Assembly (NCBI GenBank): GCA_040081625.1 | Contig: JBEBGD010000106.1 | Span: forward strand, 1 to 19,143 | Origin: Chthoniobacteraceae bacterium | Lineage (GTDB): Bacteria; Verrucomicrobiota; Verrucomicrobiia; Chthoniobacterales; Chthoniobacteraceae | DNA length: 19,143 bases | Direction of reading: 5' to 3' | Shown: piece by piece, positions 7,181-16,416 of the stretch | How the letters are laid out: every line of letters begins with the position of its first letter | How positions within the stretch are numbered: position 1 is the first letter of the stretch | Notes under the pieces: generated by a model | Databases searched by the model: none | The model's input: the letters and a program-made list of their open reading frames with translations, nothing else | What the model was told of the DNA's origin: nothing | Program-made: the position numbers and the translations under genes

Positions 7181-8424
7181 CTTCCTTCCTCCTGACGAAT
7201 ACGCTTCGTCTCCTCGTCTTGCTTCCGGTTGTCGCGCTTGCTGCCGAGCACCGTGTCGCCACGCCCGCAGAGATTGCTGCCGCGGCGAAAGTCGCCGCAC
7301 CCGGCGACACGGTCGTGATGAAGGACGGCCTCTGGATCGACGTGAAGATCATCTTCGAGACGAGCGGCACGGAGGCGCAGCCGATCACGCTGCGCGCGGA
7401 GACGCCGGGCAAGGTCGTCATCACGGGCAACTCGATCATGCGCATCGCCGGGAAGCATCTCGTCGTCGATGGGCTGAGCTTCGAGCGCTGCACGGGCAAG
7501 GAAGACGTGTTCGAGTTTCGCGCGCACTCGAAACGCCACGCCTACCACTCGCGCCTGACGAACAGCGCATTCATCGACTGCAACCCGACTGATCCGAAAA
7601 CCGAGACACGGTGGGTGTCGCTCTACGGCACCGACAACCGCGTGGACCACTGCTACATCTCCGGGAAGACGAACCGCGGCACGACGCTCGTCGTGTGGCT
7701 CGAAACGGACGCGGTGCGGCATCGGATCGATCACAATCACTTCGGCCCGCGCCCGCGGCTGAAGGTGAATGGCGGCGAGACGATCCGCATCGGCGACAGC
7801 AGGACGGCTGAGGTCAACGCGCGCTGCGTCGTCGAGGCGAACCTCTTCGAGGAGTGCAACGGCGAGGTGGAGATCGTCTCGAACAAGTCGTCGGAGAATA
7901 TCTATCGCGGCAACACCTTCCGCCGCTGCGAAGGCGCGCTCACTCTGCGCCACGGCCACGCGTGCATCGTCGAGGGCAACGTTTTCCTCGGCGAAGGCCT
8001 GCCGCGCACCGGCGGCGTGCGCGTGATCGACGCCGACCACCGCGTGACGGGCAACTTTTTCATCAACCTCGGCGGCGAGGAAACGCGCGCGGCGCTGTGC
8101 ATGATGAATGGGATCGTGAACTCGAAGCCGAACGGTTACTACCCGGTGCGTCGCGCGCGCATCGAGGCGAACACGTTCATCAACTGCCGGACCACCTTCG
8201 TGCTCGGCTTTGCGGACGAAGGCGGCACGCTCGCGCCGGAGGATTGCGTCTTCGCGGACAATGTCGTCGCGTCGAAACACGCGCCGCACGTCCAGACGAT
8301 CACTCCGCTCGTGCGGGACAAGTGGGAGCGGAACACGATGAGCGAGGCGCCGGAGAAGACGCCCATGCCGCCGGCGCTCCCGCAGGACATCGGGCCGGCG
8401 TGGAAGCAGCCGGGAGCCCGCTGA
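7177..8424 (+). CDS. Polysaccharide lyase family 6 (alginate lyase / chondroitinase B-like beta-helix), 415 aa
   Basis: GTG overlaps the upstream TGA (GTGA). Signal peptide, PGDTVVMKDG, PITLRAETPGKV, NRVDHC, IDHNHFG, NGGETIRIGDS, GEVEIVSNKS (catalytic Lys codon 7885-7887), LTLRHG (catalytic Arg). Confidence 0.92.
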   Translation: MTSFLLTNTLRLLVLLPVVALAAEHRVATPAEIAAAAKVAAPGDTVVMKDGLWIDVKIIFETSGTEAQPITLRAETPGKVVITGNSIMRIAGKHLVVDGLSFERCTGKEDVFEFRAHSKRHAYHSRLTNSAFIDCNPTDPKTETRWVSLYGTDNRVDHCYISGKTNRGTTLVVWLETDAVRHRIDHNHFGPRPRLKVNGGETIRIGDSRTAEVNARCVVEANLFEECNGEVEIVSNKSSENIYRGNTFRRCEGALTLRHGHACIVEGNVFLGEGLPRTGGVRVIDADHRVTGNFFINLGGEETRAALCMMNGIVNSKPNGYYPVRRARIEANTFINCRTTFVLGFADEGGTLAPEDCVFADNVVASKHAPHVQTITPLVRDKWERNTMSEAPEKTPMPPALPQDIGPAWKQPGAR

Positions 8425-8507
8425 CCGTTTCGGCAACGCGGAGCGAGTCACGCCCGCGGCTAATTTCTCCCGACGTGCCGAGCTTACGATCGGAACACTC
8501 CACCACC

Positions 8508-9512
8508 ATGAACTCCCCGCTCTCGCTCACATCGTTCCTTCTCGTCGCGCTGCTCTGCGGTGCGTGGGCGACGCCTTCACTTGCGGCAGACCCGTGGCTC
8601 GCGATTCCGGGCGGCGAGGGCGTCGGCAAAGGCAAACACATCGTCTTCATCGCGGCGGAGGAATCGTATCGGTCGGAGGAGTCGATGCCGATGATGGCGA
8701 GGATTCTGGCGCGGCAGGGATTCAAGTGCACGGTGCTCTTTGCGATCGATCCGGCGGACGGGACGATCAATCCTCAGATCAAGGACAACATCCCCGGCCT
8801 TGAGGCGCTGGAGTCGGCGGATTTGCTCGTGGCATTCTTCCGCTGGCGCGAGCTGCCGGACGATCAGATGAAGCGGATCATCGACTACACCGAGTCGGGC
8901 AGACCGATCGTCGGTATCCGCAACGCGACGCATCCGTTCAAGTATGCGAAGAATCCCGGCAGTCCGTATGCGCGGTTCGATTCCAAAAGCGCTGACCCGC
9001 AGGGCGGCTGGGGACGACTCGTGCTCGGCGAGACGTGGGTCTCGCACTATGGGAAGAACCTCATCGAGAGCACGCGCTGCGATGTGGTGCCCACGGCGAA
9101 AGAGCATCCGATTTTCCAAGGCGTGAGCAGGAGCTTCTGGGTGCCGGACGATGTCTATGGCGTGAGCGAGACGCTCGCGGGCGACAGCGCGCCGGTGCTG
9201 ATGGGGCAACCGCTGCTCGGCTGGACCGCCGCGGACAAACCGAATCCCGACAAGAAACCCGTGCCGATCGCGTGGACGAAATCTTATACCGGCGCGGCCG
9301 GGAAGAAGGCGCGCATCTTTACGAGCACGATGGGGCATGGCGATGCGTTCAAGATCGAGGACTTCCGCCGGATGCTGGCGAATGCGTGCCTGTGGTGCAT
9401 GGGGATGGGAGTCGATCCGAAGGCTGACATGAAAATCATCGGTGACTACGCGCCCGGCGCGGTCGGCGGGAAGGGATTGAAGACGGGCGTGCGGCCGGCG
9501 GAGTTGCGGTGA
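8508..9512 (+). CDS. Secreted ThuA-like domain protein (334 aa)
   Basis: Signal peptide, GKGKHIVFIAAEESYRSEESMP, NIPGLEALESADL, RWRELPDDQM, GIRNATHPF, GETWVSHYG, PIAWTK, FTSTMGH, as in PVC ThuA-domain proteins. Confidence 0.8.
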   Translation: MNSPLSLTSFLLVALLCGAWATPSLAADPWLAIPGGEGVGKGKHIVFIAAEESYRSEESMPMMARILARQGFKCTVLFAIDPADGTINPQIKDNIPGLEALESADLLVAFFRWRELPDDQMKRIIDYTESGRPIVGIRNATHPFKYAKNPGSPYARFDSKSADPQGGWGRLVLGETWVSHYGKNLIESTRCDVVPTAKEHPIFQGVSRSFWVPDDVYGVSETLAGDSAPVLMGQPLLGWTAADKPNPDKKPVPIAWTKSYTGAAGKKARIFTSTMGHGDAFKIEDFRRMLANACLWCMGMGVDPKADMKIIGDYAPGAVGGKGLKTGVRPAELR

Positions 9513-9580
9513 TCAGCGGCAGGCGCGGAAGGTCGTGACGCAGCGGTGACGACGCTTACTCCGGAAGGCGCCGCGCGGCC

Positions 9581-10969
9581 TTACGCGAGGATGTCGTGCA
9601 CGACATTCCCGAAGACATCGGTGAGCCGGTAGTCGCGCCCGCCGTGGCGATACGTGATCCGAGTGTGATCCAGGCCGAGCAGGTGGAGGATCGTCGCGTG
9701 AAAATCGTGAACGTGGACCTGATTCTCCGCGACCGTCGAGGCGATCTCGTCGGTTGATCCGTAGGCGAGACCTCCCCTGACGCCGCCACCCGCGAGCCAC
9801 GAGGAAAAGCACGCGCTGTGGTGGCCGCGGCCCTTGGTGCCATCGACGCCCGGCGTGCGGCCAAACTCGGTCGTCCACACCACGAGCGTGTCCTCGAGCA
9901 TGCCCCGCTGCTTCAAGTCGCGGATCAATCCGGAGATGGGTTGGTCGATGTTTTTTGCGTGGATCGCGTGATCCTTCATGTCGCCGTGCTGGTCCCAGTT
10001 TTTGCTGCTGCTTCCATCCACGATCTCGATGAAGCGGACGCCACGCTCGGCGAGCCTGCGCGCGACGAGGCACTGCCAGCCGAAGCCCTCGGTGTCGCCG
10101 CGCTTGAGGTCGTAAAGACCGAGCGTCGCGTCGTTTTCCCTGCCGAGATCGAACGCCTCCAGCGCCTCGGTCTGCATGTGAAATGCGGTCTCGAACGTGC
10201 GGATGCGCGCGGCCAGATCGGTGTCCGCGGCGCGCGCGCTGAGGTGGCGGTTGTTGAGCACATCGGCGAGGTCGAGCTCGAGTTCCTGGAGACCGGTCTG
10301 CTTCGTGCGGCGATCGAGGTCAGTGATGGGTTCCTTGCCGCCCACCACGCGCACGCCTTGATGGTAGGCGGGGAGGAAGTCGTTGTTGAAGATCTGCGTG
10401 CCGGCGTAGGGCATCTGCGGCGCGAGCGCGACGAATGACGGGAGATTCGCATTCGTCGTGCCGAGCCCGTAGCTGACCCACGAGCCGATGCTCGGGCGCG
10501 AGAAAAAGAAGGAGCCGGTATGCATGCCGAGCGTCGCGTTGGCGTGCTCGTTGTCATCGCCCTTCATCGAGCGGATCAGGCAGATGTCGTCCATGCACTC
10601 GCGCAGGTGCGGAAAGAGATCGCTGACCATCGTGCCGCATTTGCCGCCCGGTCGGAATTGCCAGCCGGGTTTGAGCAGCTTGCGCTGCTGATTCGAGAGC
10701 CCGCCGCCCACGCCGGTGGTCTTGCCGTCAGCGGCAAAGAGCGCGGGCTTCGGATCGAACGTATCCATGTGCGAGACGCCGCCGTTCGAGAAGATGAAGA
10801 TCACGCGTTTCGCGCGCGCCGGAAAATGCGACGCCTTCGGAGCGAGCGGATCGTCCGTGGACGCCGGGGATTCCGCGAGCAGTCGCGAGAGGATGGCGGG
10901 CATGAGCAGCGAGCCGCCCACGAGCGAGCGGAGGATTTCGCGGCGGTGGAAATGGCGGGTGGTGTTCAT
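9581..10969 (-). CDS. DUF1501 domain protein with Tat-like leader (462 aa)
   Basis: HRREILRSL, FPARAKRVIFIFSNGGVSHMDTFDPKP, RPSIGSWVSYGLG, QCLVARRLAERGVRFIE, WDQH, TEFGRTP, RLTDVFG. Confidence 0.93.
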   Translation of the reverse strand: MNTTRHFHRREILRSLVGGSLLMPAILSRLLAESPASTDDPLAPKASHFPARAKRVIFIFSNGGVSHMDTFDPKPALFAADGKTTGVGGGLSNQQRKLLKPGWQFRPGGKCGTMVSDLFPHLRECMDDICLIRSMKGDDNEHANATLGMHTGSFFFSRPSIGSWVSYGLGTTNANLPSFVALAPQMPYAGTQIFNNDFLPAYHQGVRVVGGKEPITDLDRRTKQTGLQELELDLADVLNNRHLSARAADTDLAARIRTFETAFHMQTEALEAFDLGRENDATLGLYDLKRGDTEGFGWQCLVARRLAERGVRFIEIVDGSSSKNWDQHGDMKDHAIHAKNIDQPISGLIRDLKQRGMLEDTLVVWTTEFGRTPGVDGTKGRGHHSACFSSWLAGGGVRGGLAYGSTDEIASTVAENQVHVHDFHATILHLLGLDHTRITYRHGGRDYRLTDVFGNVVHDILA

Positions 10970-10981
10970 CGGCGGCGCGGC

Positions 10982-13909
10982 TCAGTCGAGATAGACGAAT
11001 TCATTGAGGCGGAAGAGCACGCGGAGGTAGGCACGCCAGGCTTCGGAGTCGAGTTGCTCTGCAGCGGTGCCAGCGTCGCGAAGCTTCGCCCGGGCGTCGG
11101 CGAGGAAGCTGCGGGCGGCAGTCACTTCACCGTCGGCAGCCGGGCGCGCAAAGAGCAGCGAGTAGGCACGCTGGACGCGAAGTGCGTCATCGCCGGAGGA
11201 CTTCGTGATGGACTCGGCGACCCGCCTTGATTGCTCGTGAACGAGCACGTCGTTGAGCAGGTAGAGCGCTTGCAGCGGGGTCGTGCTCGTCGGGCGCGCG
11301 GGCGTGCTGGCCGAGGGATCGGCGCCGTCGAAAATCGCGAGGAACGGATGCCGTTGAATCCGCTGGGTCATCAAATACACGCTCCGGTGATCGGTCTCAT
11401 ACACGGCCTTGAAGGCGTTGTGCTGCGTGAAGTTCCACTCGCGCTGCGGCGGAAACGGATGCGTGCCCGCGGGCGAGAGGTCGAGGTTGCCGCCGAGCGC
11501 GAGGAGCGTGTCGCGGATGGCCTCGGCATCGAGGCGGCGGCGGGGGAAGCTCGCGAGGAGTTCGTTCCCCGGGTCATGCGCGAGCGCCCCGGCTTCACGG
11601 GTGCTGGCGAGGCGATAGGTGTGCGAGAGCATGATCAGGCGGTGCATTGCTTTCACCGACCAGCCGCCGGCGCGGAAGTTTGCAGCGAGATAATCGAGCA
11701 GCCCGGGATGCGTCGGCGGCTTGCCTTGTCTGCCGAAATCGTTCGGCGTCGCGACGATGCCCCGCCCGAAATGGTGCAGCCAGATGCGGTTGATCATCAC
11801 TCGCGCGGGCAGAGGGTTGTCTTTCGCGAGAATCCAATCCGCAAGCTGCGCGCGACCGCTCGAATCGGCATCCCGCGAAAGCTGTGCGCCGCCGAGGACA
11901 GTGAGGAAACGCCGGGGAACAATCGCGCCGGGCCTGGCGGGATCGCCCTTTTGCTGCACGGGCACGTCGGCGATTTTCATCGAATCCGCGACCGCGTAAG
12001 CCAGCTCGAATGGGAGGGGCGTGCTCGCGAAATCCTTCGCCGCCCGTTCGGCGGCCTTGAGCCGGGCTTCCGCGCTCTTTTTCTCGGCGGCGGGAGTCGT
12101 CTTCAGAGCGTCCTTGAGCCGTGTCGCTTCCTTGTCGAGGCGCGCTTGTTCCTTCTCCCGTTCCTTTCTCGCCGCATCGGCCTCAGGCAGCTTGCTGGCC
12201 GGCACGAGCGGCACGAAGTCGCGCTGTTTCTTGTCGAGCTCGATGCCAGGCCAGGGGTAGCGCGTGCTGTGGAAGATGCCGTAGAGCGCATAGTAGTCCT
12301 CCGTCGTGATCGGGTCGAACTTGTGGTCGTGGCAGCGCGCGCAGTTGACCGTGAGGCCAAGGAAGGTGCGGCCGACGCTGTCGATCGTGTCCTCGATCGT
12401 GAGGTGCTGCGGGTAGTCATCCACGCGCGAGCCGAAGCGGCGGGCGTTCGCGAGATAGCCGGTGGCCACGATGCGACCGTTGCGTTCCTCGTCGGTGGCG
12501 CCGCTGCGGAGGTCGCCGGCGAGTTGGTCGCGCACGAATTCATCGTAAGGCTGGTCGCGGTTGAACGCGGCGATGACCCAGTCGCGATAGCGGTGCATCT
12601 GCGGGATCGGGTAGTCGGAGTTGTCGCCCGCGGTGTCGGCGTAGCGGACCACGTCGAGCCAGTGCCGGCCCCAGCGTTCGCCGTAGCGCGGCGAGGCGAG
12701 CAGCCGATCGACGACTTTCGCGAACGCCCCGGACGAGTCGTCCGCGACAAAAGCGTCCACTTCCTCCGGCGTCGGCGGCAAGCCGGTGAGATCGTAGGTC
12801 GCCCGGCGGATGAGCGTGCGCTTTTCCGCATCCGGCGCGGCCCGCAGTCCCGCTTGCTCGATGCGCGCGAGGATGAAGCGGTCGAGATCGTTCGCCGGCC
12901 ACGCGGTGGCCTTCACCGCCGGCGGTTGCGGTGCCGCGAGTGCGCGCAGCGACCACCATTCGCGCGCCTTGGGCCAGTCGATCGCGGTCTTAGCCTTCAC
13001 CGCTGCGACGGTGTCGGCGGTGCGCGGGTCGGGCGCGCCCATCTTCACCCACTCCTCGAGCGCGGCGATCTGCTCGGGCGGGAGCTTCTTCTTCGGCGGC
13101 ATCGCGAAGTCCTTGTCCTGGTAGCGCACGGCCTCGATCAGCAGGCTCGCGTCGAGGTCACCGGGGGTGACCGCGGGCCCGGTGTCGCCGCCTTTCGCGA
13201 TGCCGGCGCGCGAATCGAGCAGCAGCCCGCCTTTGATTTTATCGGCCTTTGCGCTGTGGCACTCGTAGCAGCGCTCGACGAGCACCGGCCGGATCCTGCT
13301 TTCGAAAAACGCAATCTGCTCCGCAGTCGGTGCGCTCACGAACTCCGCGCGCGCGCCATCGGAGATCGCGCCATCGCCCTTCCACACCTCGATGCCCGAG
13401 AGGTTCGCCGCGCCGCCCCGCGCGCTGAGCTTGATCTTCCCGTCCACGCTTTCGCACTTCCACGGCCCGAGCTTTTTCCACGTCCCGGTGCTGCCGCTGT
13501 GAAAGTCCTCGAGCACCGGCCGGTCGTTCACCAACACGTCGAACTGCTCGCTGTGATTATCCTCCCAGACGTAGAGGAAGACCTGGAAGACGCCCGCCGG
13601 GATGCCGCTCAACTCCACGTCCACCCTGGGCTTCGTGTCCGGCTTGCCGGCGTTCCAGATACTGCTGCGAAGCATCTCCGCGCGCGCCGGGTCTGTCGGT
13701 GGTCGGAGCGACACCTTCTGGTTTTCGAAAGCGCTGCCCTTGAATGAGAGGTCGCGTGAGTTCTTACCGTCCCAAGCGCGCCCGTCGATCGTCAGCGCGG
13801 GCCCATTGAGATTCAACGCACGGAGGAAGGTCGCCTCCGCCGCGACGACACGGGCCATCCCGCTCGCGAAGAGCAGGCCAAGGAAAAATGCTCGGAGGAA
13901 GATGGTCAT
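10982..13909 (-). CDS. Planctomycete cytochrome c / DUF1549 (PSCyt2) / DUF1553 (PSD1) protein with extra N-terminal domain (975 aa)
   Basis: [19 protein letters not shown] (CxxCH 13256-13270), [45 protein letters not shown] (12329-12343), [51 protein letters not shown]. Confidence 0.93.
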   Translation of the reverse strand: MTIFLRAFFLGLLFASGMARVVAAEATFLRALNLNGPALTIDGRAWDGKNSRDLSFKGSAFENQKVSLRPPTDPARAEMLRSSIWNAGKPDTKPRVDVELSGIPAGVFQVFLYVWEDNHSEQFDVLVNDRPVLEDFHSGSTGTWKKLGPWKCESVDGKIKLSARGGAANLSGIEVWKGDGAISDGARAEFVSAPTAEQIAFFESRIRPVLVERCYECHSAKADKIKGGLLLDSRAGIAKGGDTGPAVTPGDLDASLLIEAVRYQDKDFAMPPKKKLPPEQIAALEEWVKMGAPDPRTADTVAAVKAKTAIDWPKAREWWSLRALAAPQPPAVKATAWPANDLDRFILARIEQAGLRAAPDAEKRTLIRRATYDLTGLPPTPEEVDAFVADDSSGAFAKVVDRLLASPRYGERWGRHWLDVVRYADTAGDNSDYPIPQMHRYRDWVIAAFNRDQPYDEFVRDQLAGDLRSGATDEERNGRIVATGYLANARRFGSRVDDYPQHLTIEDTIDSVGRTFLGLTVNCARCHDHKFDPITTEDYYALYGIFHSTRYPWPGIELDKKQRDFVPLVPASKLPEADAARKEREKEQARLDKEATRLKDALKTTPAAEKKSAEARLKAAERAAKDFASTPLPFELAYAVADSMKIADVPVQQKGDPARPGAIVPRRFLTVLGGAQLSRDADSSGRAQLADWILAKDNPLPARVMINRIWLHHFGRGIVATPNDFGRQGKPPTHPGLLDYLAANFRAGGWSVKAMHRLIMLSHTYRLASTREAGALAHDPGNELLASFPRRRLDAEAIRDTLLALGGNLDLSPAGTHPFPPQREWNFTQHNAFKAVYETDHRSVYLMTQRIQRHPFLAIFDGADPSASTPARPTSTTPLQALYLLNDVLVHEQSRRVAESITKSSGDDALRVQRAYSLLFARPAADGEVTAARSFLADARAKLRDAGTAAEQLDSEAWRAYLRVLFRLNEFVYLD

Positions 13910-14005
13910 GCGGGCGGGCAGCTTAATCCCAAAGCCGCTGTGCGCACGACCACCGTGTCGGACGGGAGAAAATTAGGCCCGGAGGAAGGCGGGCCGCGCG
14001 AATGC

Positions 14006-15172
14006 TCACAGCGGGAGGCGCAGTTGCCGGCCGGTGTGCGGCGGGACGAGCGTCGCGACGCCGATGCCGAGCAGGCGCAGCGGGCGCTTCACGAGCTGAT
14101 CGCGGGCGAGGAGATGGCAGGCGAGCCGGTAGATCTCACGCTCGTCGGCGAGTGGATCTTCGAGGCGAATCTGACGCGTCAGCGTTGTGAAATCGCTGTA
14201 GCGCACTTTGACCTGCACGGTCATCGCGCCGAGTTCGTGGCGACGCAGCGTTTGCGCCACATCGGCAGCCAGCTCGTGCAGCGCGGCGCGGAGTTCGACT
14301 CGATCCGCGGTGTCGTTGAGGAAGGTCGTCTCGGCGCTGATGCTTTTGCGCTCGTCGCTCGTGTCGAGCGGCCGGTCGTCTTCGCCGAAGGCGCGGGCCT
14401 TGAGCATCGCGGCCCATGAGCCTACGATCGCGCCGAGGTCGGCGCGCGTGTCCTGCAAGTCGCCAATGCTCGCGATACCCGCCGCCTCGAGGGCGGCTGC
14501 GGTGACGGGGCCGACGCCGTGGATGACGCGCACCGGGAGCGGGCGCAGGAAGAGCGCCTTGTCGCGCTCAGGGATGAGCGTGAGGCCGTCGGGCTTTTGA
14601 AAATCGCTGCCGAGCTTTGCGAGGAACTTGTTCGCGCCGATGCCGATGCTCGCGGTGAGCGCGCGCTCGTCGCGGATGCGTTGTTTCAAGCTCCTCGCGA
14701 GCGGCACAGCGGCGACGAGTGCGGAGTCCGGATCCGCTCTGTCAGCGAAGGACTCGGACACATCGAGGTAGGCTTCATCCACCGACACTTTCTCAACGCG
14801 CGCGGTGAAGGTGCGGACGACTTCCATGATGTGCGCCGACTCGGCGCGGTAGGCGTCCATACGCGGGCGGACGAAGACGCCTTGCGGGCAGAGTCGCGCG
14901 GCAGTGCGCGAGGGCATGGCGGAGCGGACGGAAAATTTCCGCGCCTCGTAGCTGGCGGCGCAGACGACGCCGCGCTGGTCCGGCGGTGAGCCGACGATGA
15001 CCGGACGGCCGCGCCATTCGGGATGATCGCGCTGTTCGATCGACGCGAAGAAGGCGTCCATATCGACGTGGAAGATGACGCGGGGCGGAGGAATGGAGAG
15101 TTGAGAGTTGAAGGTTGAAAGGCGGGCGGCTGTAATCCGCGCGCGCCGGACCGCAACCGCCGGGACTCTCAC
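14006..15172 (-). CDS. dinB: DNA polymerase IV (Y family); start position uncertain
   Basis: HVDMDAFFASIEQRD, RGVVCAASYEARKF, SVDEAYLD, NKFLAKLGSDFQKPDG, KSISAETTF, VKVRYSDFTTLTRQ, LRLLGI, C-terminal clamp-binding-like QLRLPL. Homology starts near 15082. Confidence 0.95.
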   Translation of the reverse strand: MRVPAVAVRRARITAARLSTFNSQLSIPPPRVIFHVDMDAFFASIEQRDHPEWRGRPVIVGSPPDQRGVVCAASYEARKFSVRSAMPSRTAARLCPQGVFVRPRMDAYRAESAHIMEVVRTFTARVEKVSVDEAYLDVSESFADRADPDSALVAAVPLARSLKQRIRDERALTASIGIGANKFLAKLGSDFQKPDGLTLIPERDKALFLRPLPVRVIHGVGPVTAAALEAAGIASIGDLQDTRADLGAIVGSWAAMLKARAFGEDDRPLDTSDERKSISAETTFLNDTADRVELRAALHELAADVAQTLRRHELGAMTVQVKVRYSDFTTLTRQIRLEDPLADEREIYRLACHLLARDQLVKRPLRLLGIGVATLVPPHTGRQLRLPL

Positions 15173-15196
15173 CTCTCACCTTTTAACCCTCAACTC
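15098..15196. repeat. Heptamer-periodic inverted repeat element F between divergent genes
   Basis: 15098-15122 (GAGTTGA GAGTTGA AGGTTGA AAGG) matches the reverse complement of 15172-15196 at 20/25. Confidence 0.8.
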
Positions 15197-15202
15197 CGCT
15201 CG

Positions 15203-16342
15203 ATGACCGCCGTCCGCATTGTCTTTGCCCTGCTGTTTTTCGTCGTCTCGACGCTCGTGTTCATCCCTGCGCCGTCGCTGTTTGCCTGGCAGCTCAAGCT
15301 CGCGGCGACCGAATACGGACACTGGATGGTGCTCGGGTCGCTGGCCGTGATCGTCGCCGGGCGGAGGCGCTCGGGGATCGATTCGGCCAGCGTCGTTCTC
15401 GCGGCGCTCGCGGGGCTTTTGTTTCTTTCGAGCGCGGTGCGCGCGTCGATGTTTGCCGGGACGGCGAAGAGCCGGATGGATGCGAGCTTCCCCGCGACAG
15501 CGGACAGTGCAAAGCGTCCGCCATTTTCGCTGCCGGCGTTGTGGTTCGGAAAGAGTCCCGTGCGTGTCGAAGTCCAGACGCTCGCCTTCGCCGAGCACGA
15601 CGCCAACCCGCTGCGGCTCGACTTCTACGCTCCGCAAGGCCGCGCGGCTGCGCCGTGCGTGATCGTGCTCCACGGCGGCGGATGGGAACAAGGGGAGCGC
15701 CACGAGTTCGCTGCGTTCAATCATCTTCTCGCAGCGCGCGGCTACGCGGTGGCGGCGATCGATTACCGCCTCGCGCCGCGCTGGACCTGGCCGGCTCCAC
15801 ATGCGGACACGCTCGCGGCGCTGCGCTATCTCGAGGTCCACGCGGGCGAGTTGGGGATCGATCCGCAACGCTTCGTGCTGATGGGCCGCTCGGCGGGCGG
15901 TCAGATCGCGGAGAGCGTGGCGGCGCCGGGTGAACATCCGGGCATCGTTGGCTGCATCGCGCTCTACGCGCCGGCGGATATGCACTTTGCCCATCAGTAT
16001 GCGAAGCGCAGCGACATCCTGAATTCCGAGAAACTGCTGCGCCAATTCCTCGGCGGGACGCCGCTCGACGCGGCGGCGAATTACGACAGCGCGTCGGGTT
16101 ACGGTCTCGCCAACCCGAAGACGCCGCCAACTTTGCTCATCCATGGTGCGAAGGACGAACTGGTCTGGGTGAAGCAGAGCGAGCGATACGCGGAGCGACT
16201 TCGCTCCCTCGAGGTGCGCCACGTTTTCCTCCGCCCGCCGTGGGCGACACACGCGTTCGATCACGGCCTGCACACGCCTGGCGGGCAGCTCACCGCGTGG
16301 GCGGTCGAGCGCTTCCTCGTGGCGGTTACGCAGTCGCGCTGA
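15203..16342 (+). CDS. Membrane-anchored alpha/beta hydrolase (HSL-like esterase/lipase), 379 aa
   Basis: Three hydrophobic N-terminal segments, LRLDFYAP, oxyanion HGGGW, IDYRLAP, nucleophile GRSAGG, LIHGAKDELV, HAFD. Confidence 0.9.
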   Translation: MTAVRIVFALLFFVVSTLVFIPAPSLFAWQLKLAATEYGHWMVLGSLAVIVAGRRRSGIDSASVVLAALAGLLFLSSAVRASMFAGTAKSRMDASFPATADSAKRPPFSLPALWFGKSPVRVEVQTLAFAEHDANPLRLDFYAPQGRAAAPCVIVLHGGGWEQGERHEFAAFNHLLAARGYAVAAIDYRLAPRWTWPAPHADTLAALRYLEVHAGELGIDPQRFVLMGRSAGGQIAESVAAPGEHPGIVGCIALYAPADMHFAHQYAKRSDILNSEKLLRQFLGGTPLDAAANYDSASGYGLANPKTPPTLLIHGAKDELVWVKQSERYAERLRSLEVRHVFLRPPWATHAFDHGLHTPGGQLTAWAVERFLVAVTQSR

Positions 16343-16416
16343 GCGGTCCGGGACTTTCGCGCCGGTCCGCGGATGCACACTTGCGTCACACGGCATCGCT
16401 CTGCCAAGTCGCGGGC

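Noticed and set aside
2869..8507. Extended ORF-track starts at 2869, 4082, 5711, 6190 and 7854
   Set aside because: Extensions run through a REP element or upstream genes. Signal peptides place the starts at 3010, 4142, 5750, 7177 and 8508.
9513..9580. Bidirectional terminator between the convergent ThuA-like and DUF1501 genes
   Set aside because: Only a weak interrupted stem (GTCGT...ACGAC) and no U-tract on either strand.
4130..13747. Long antisense ORFs (4130-5638, 5729-7300, 7036-8451, 11231-13747 and others)
   Set aside because: Typical shadow frames of high-GC genes, Arg/Ala-rich with no motifs, lying opposite well-supported genes.
16240..16416. 59-codon N-terminal extension of MnmE and a TTGCGT-N17-CCAAGT promoter
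   Set aside because: The extension overlaps the esterase gene and homology begins at GTG 16417. The -10 candidate lacks the conserved A, so it is not called.
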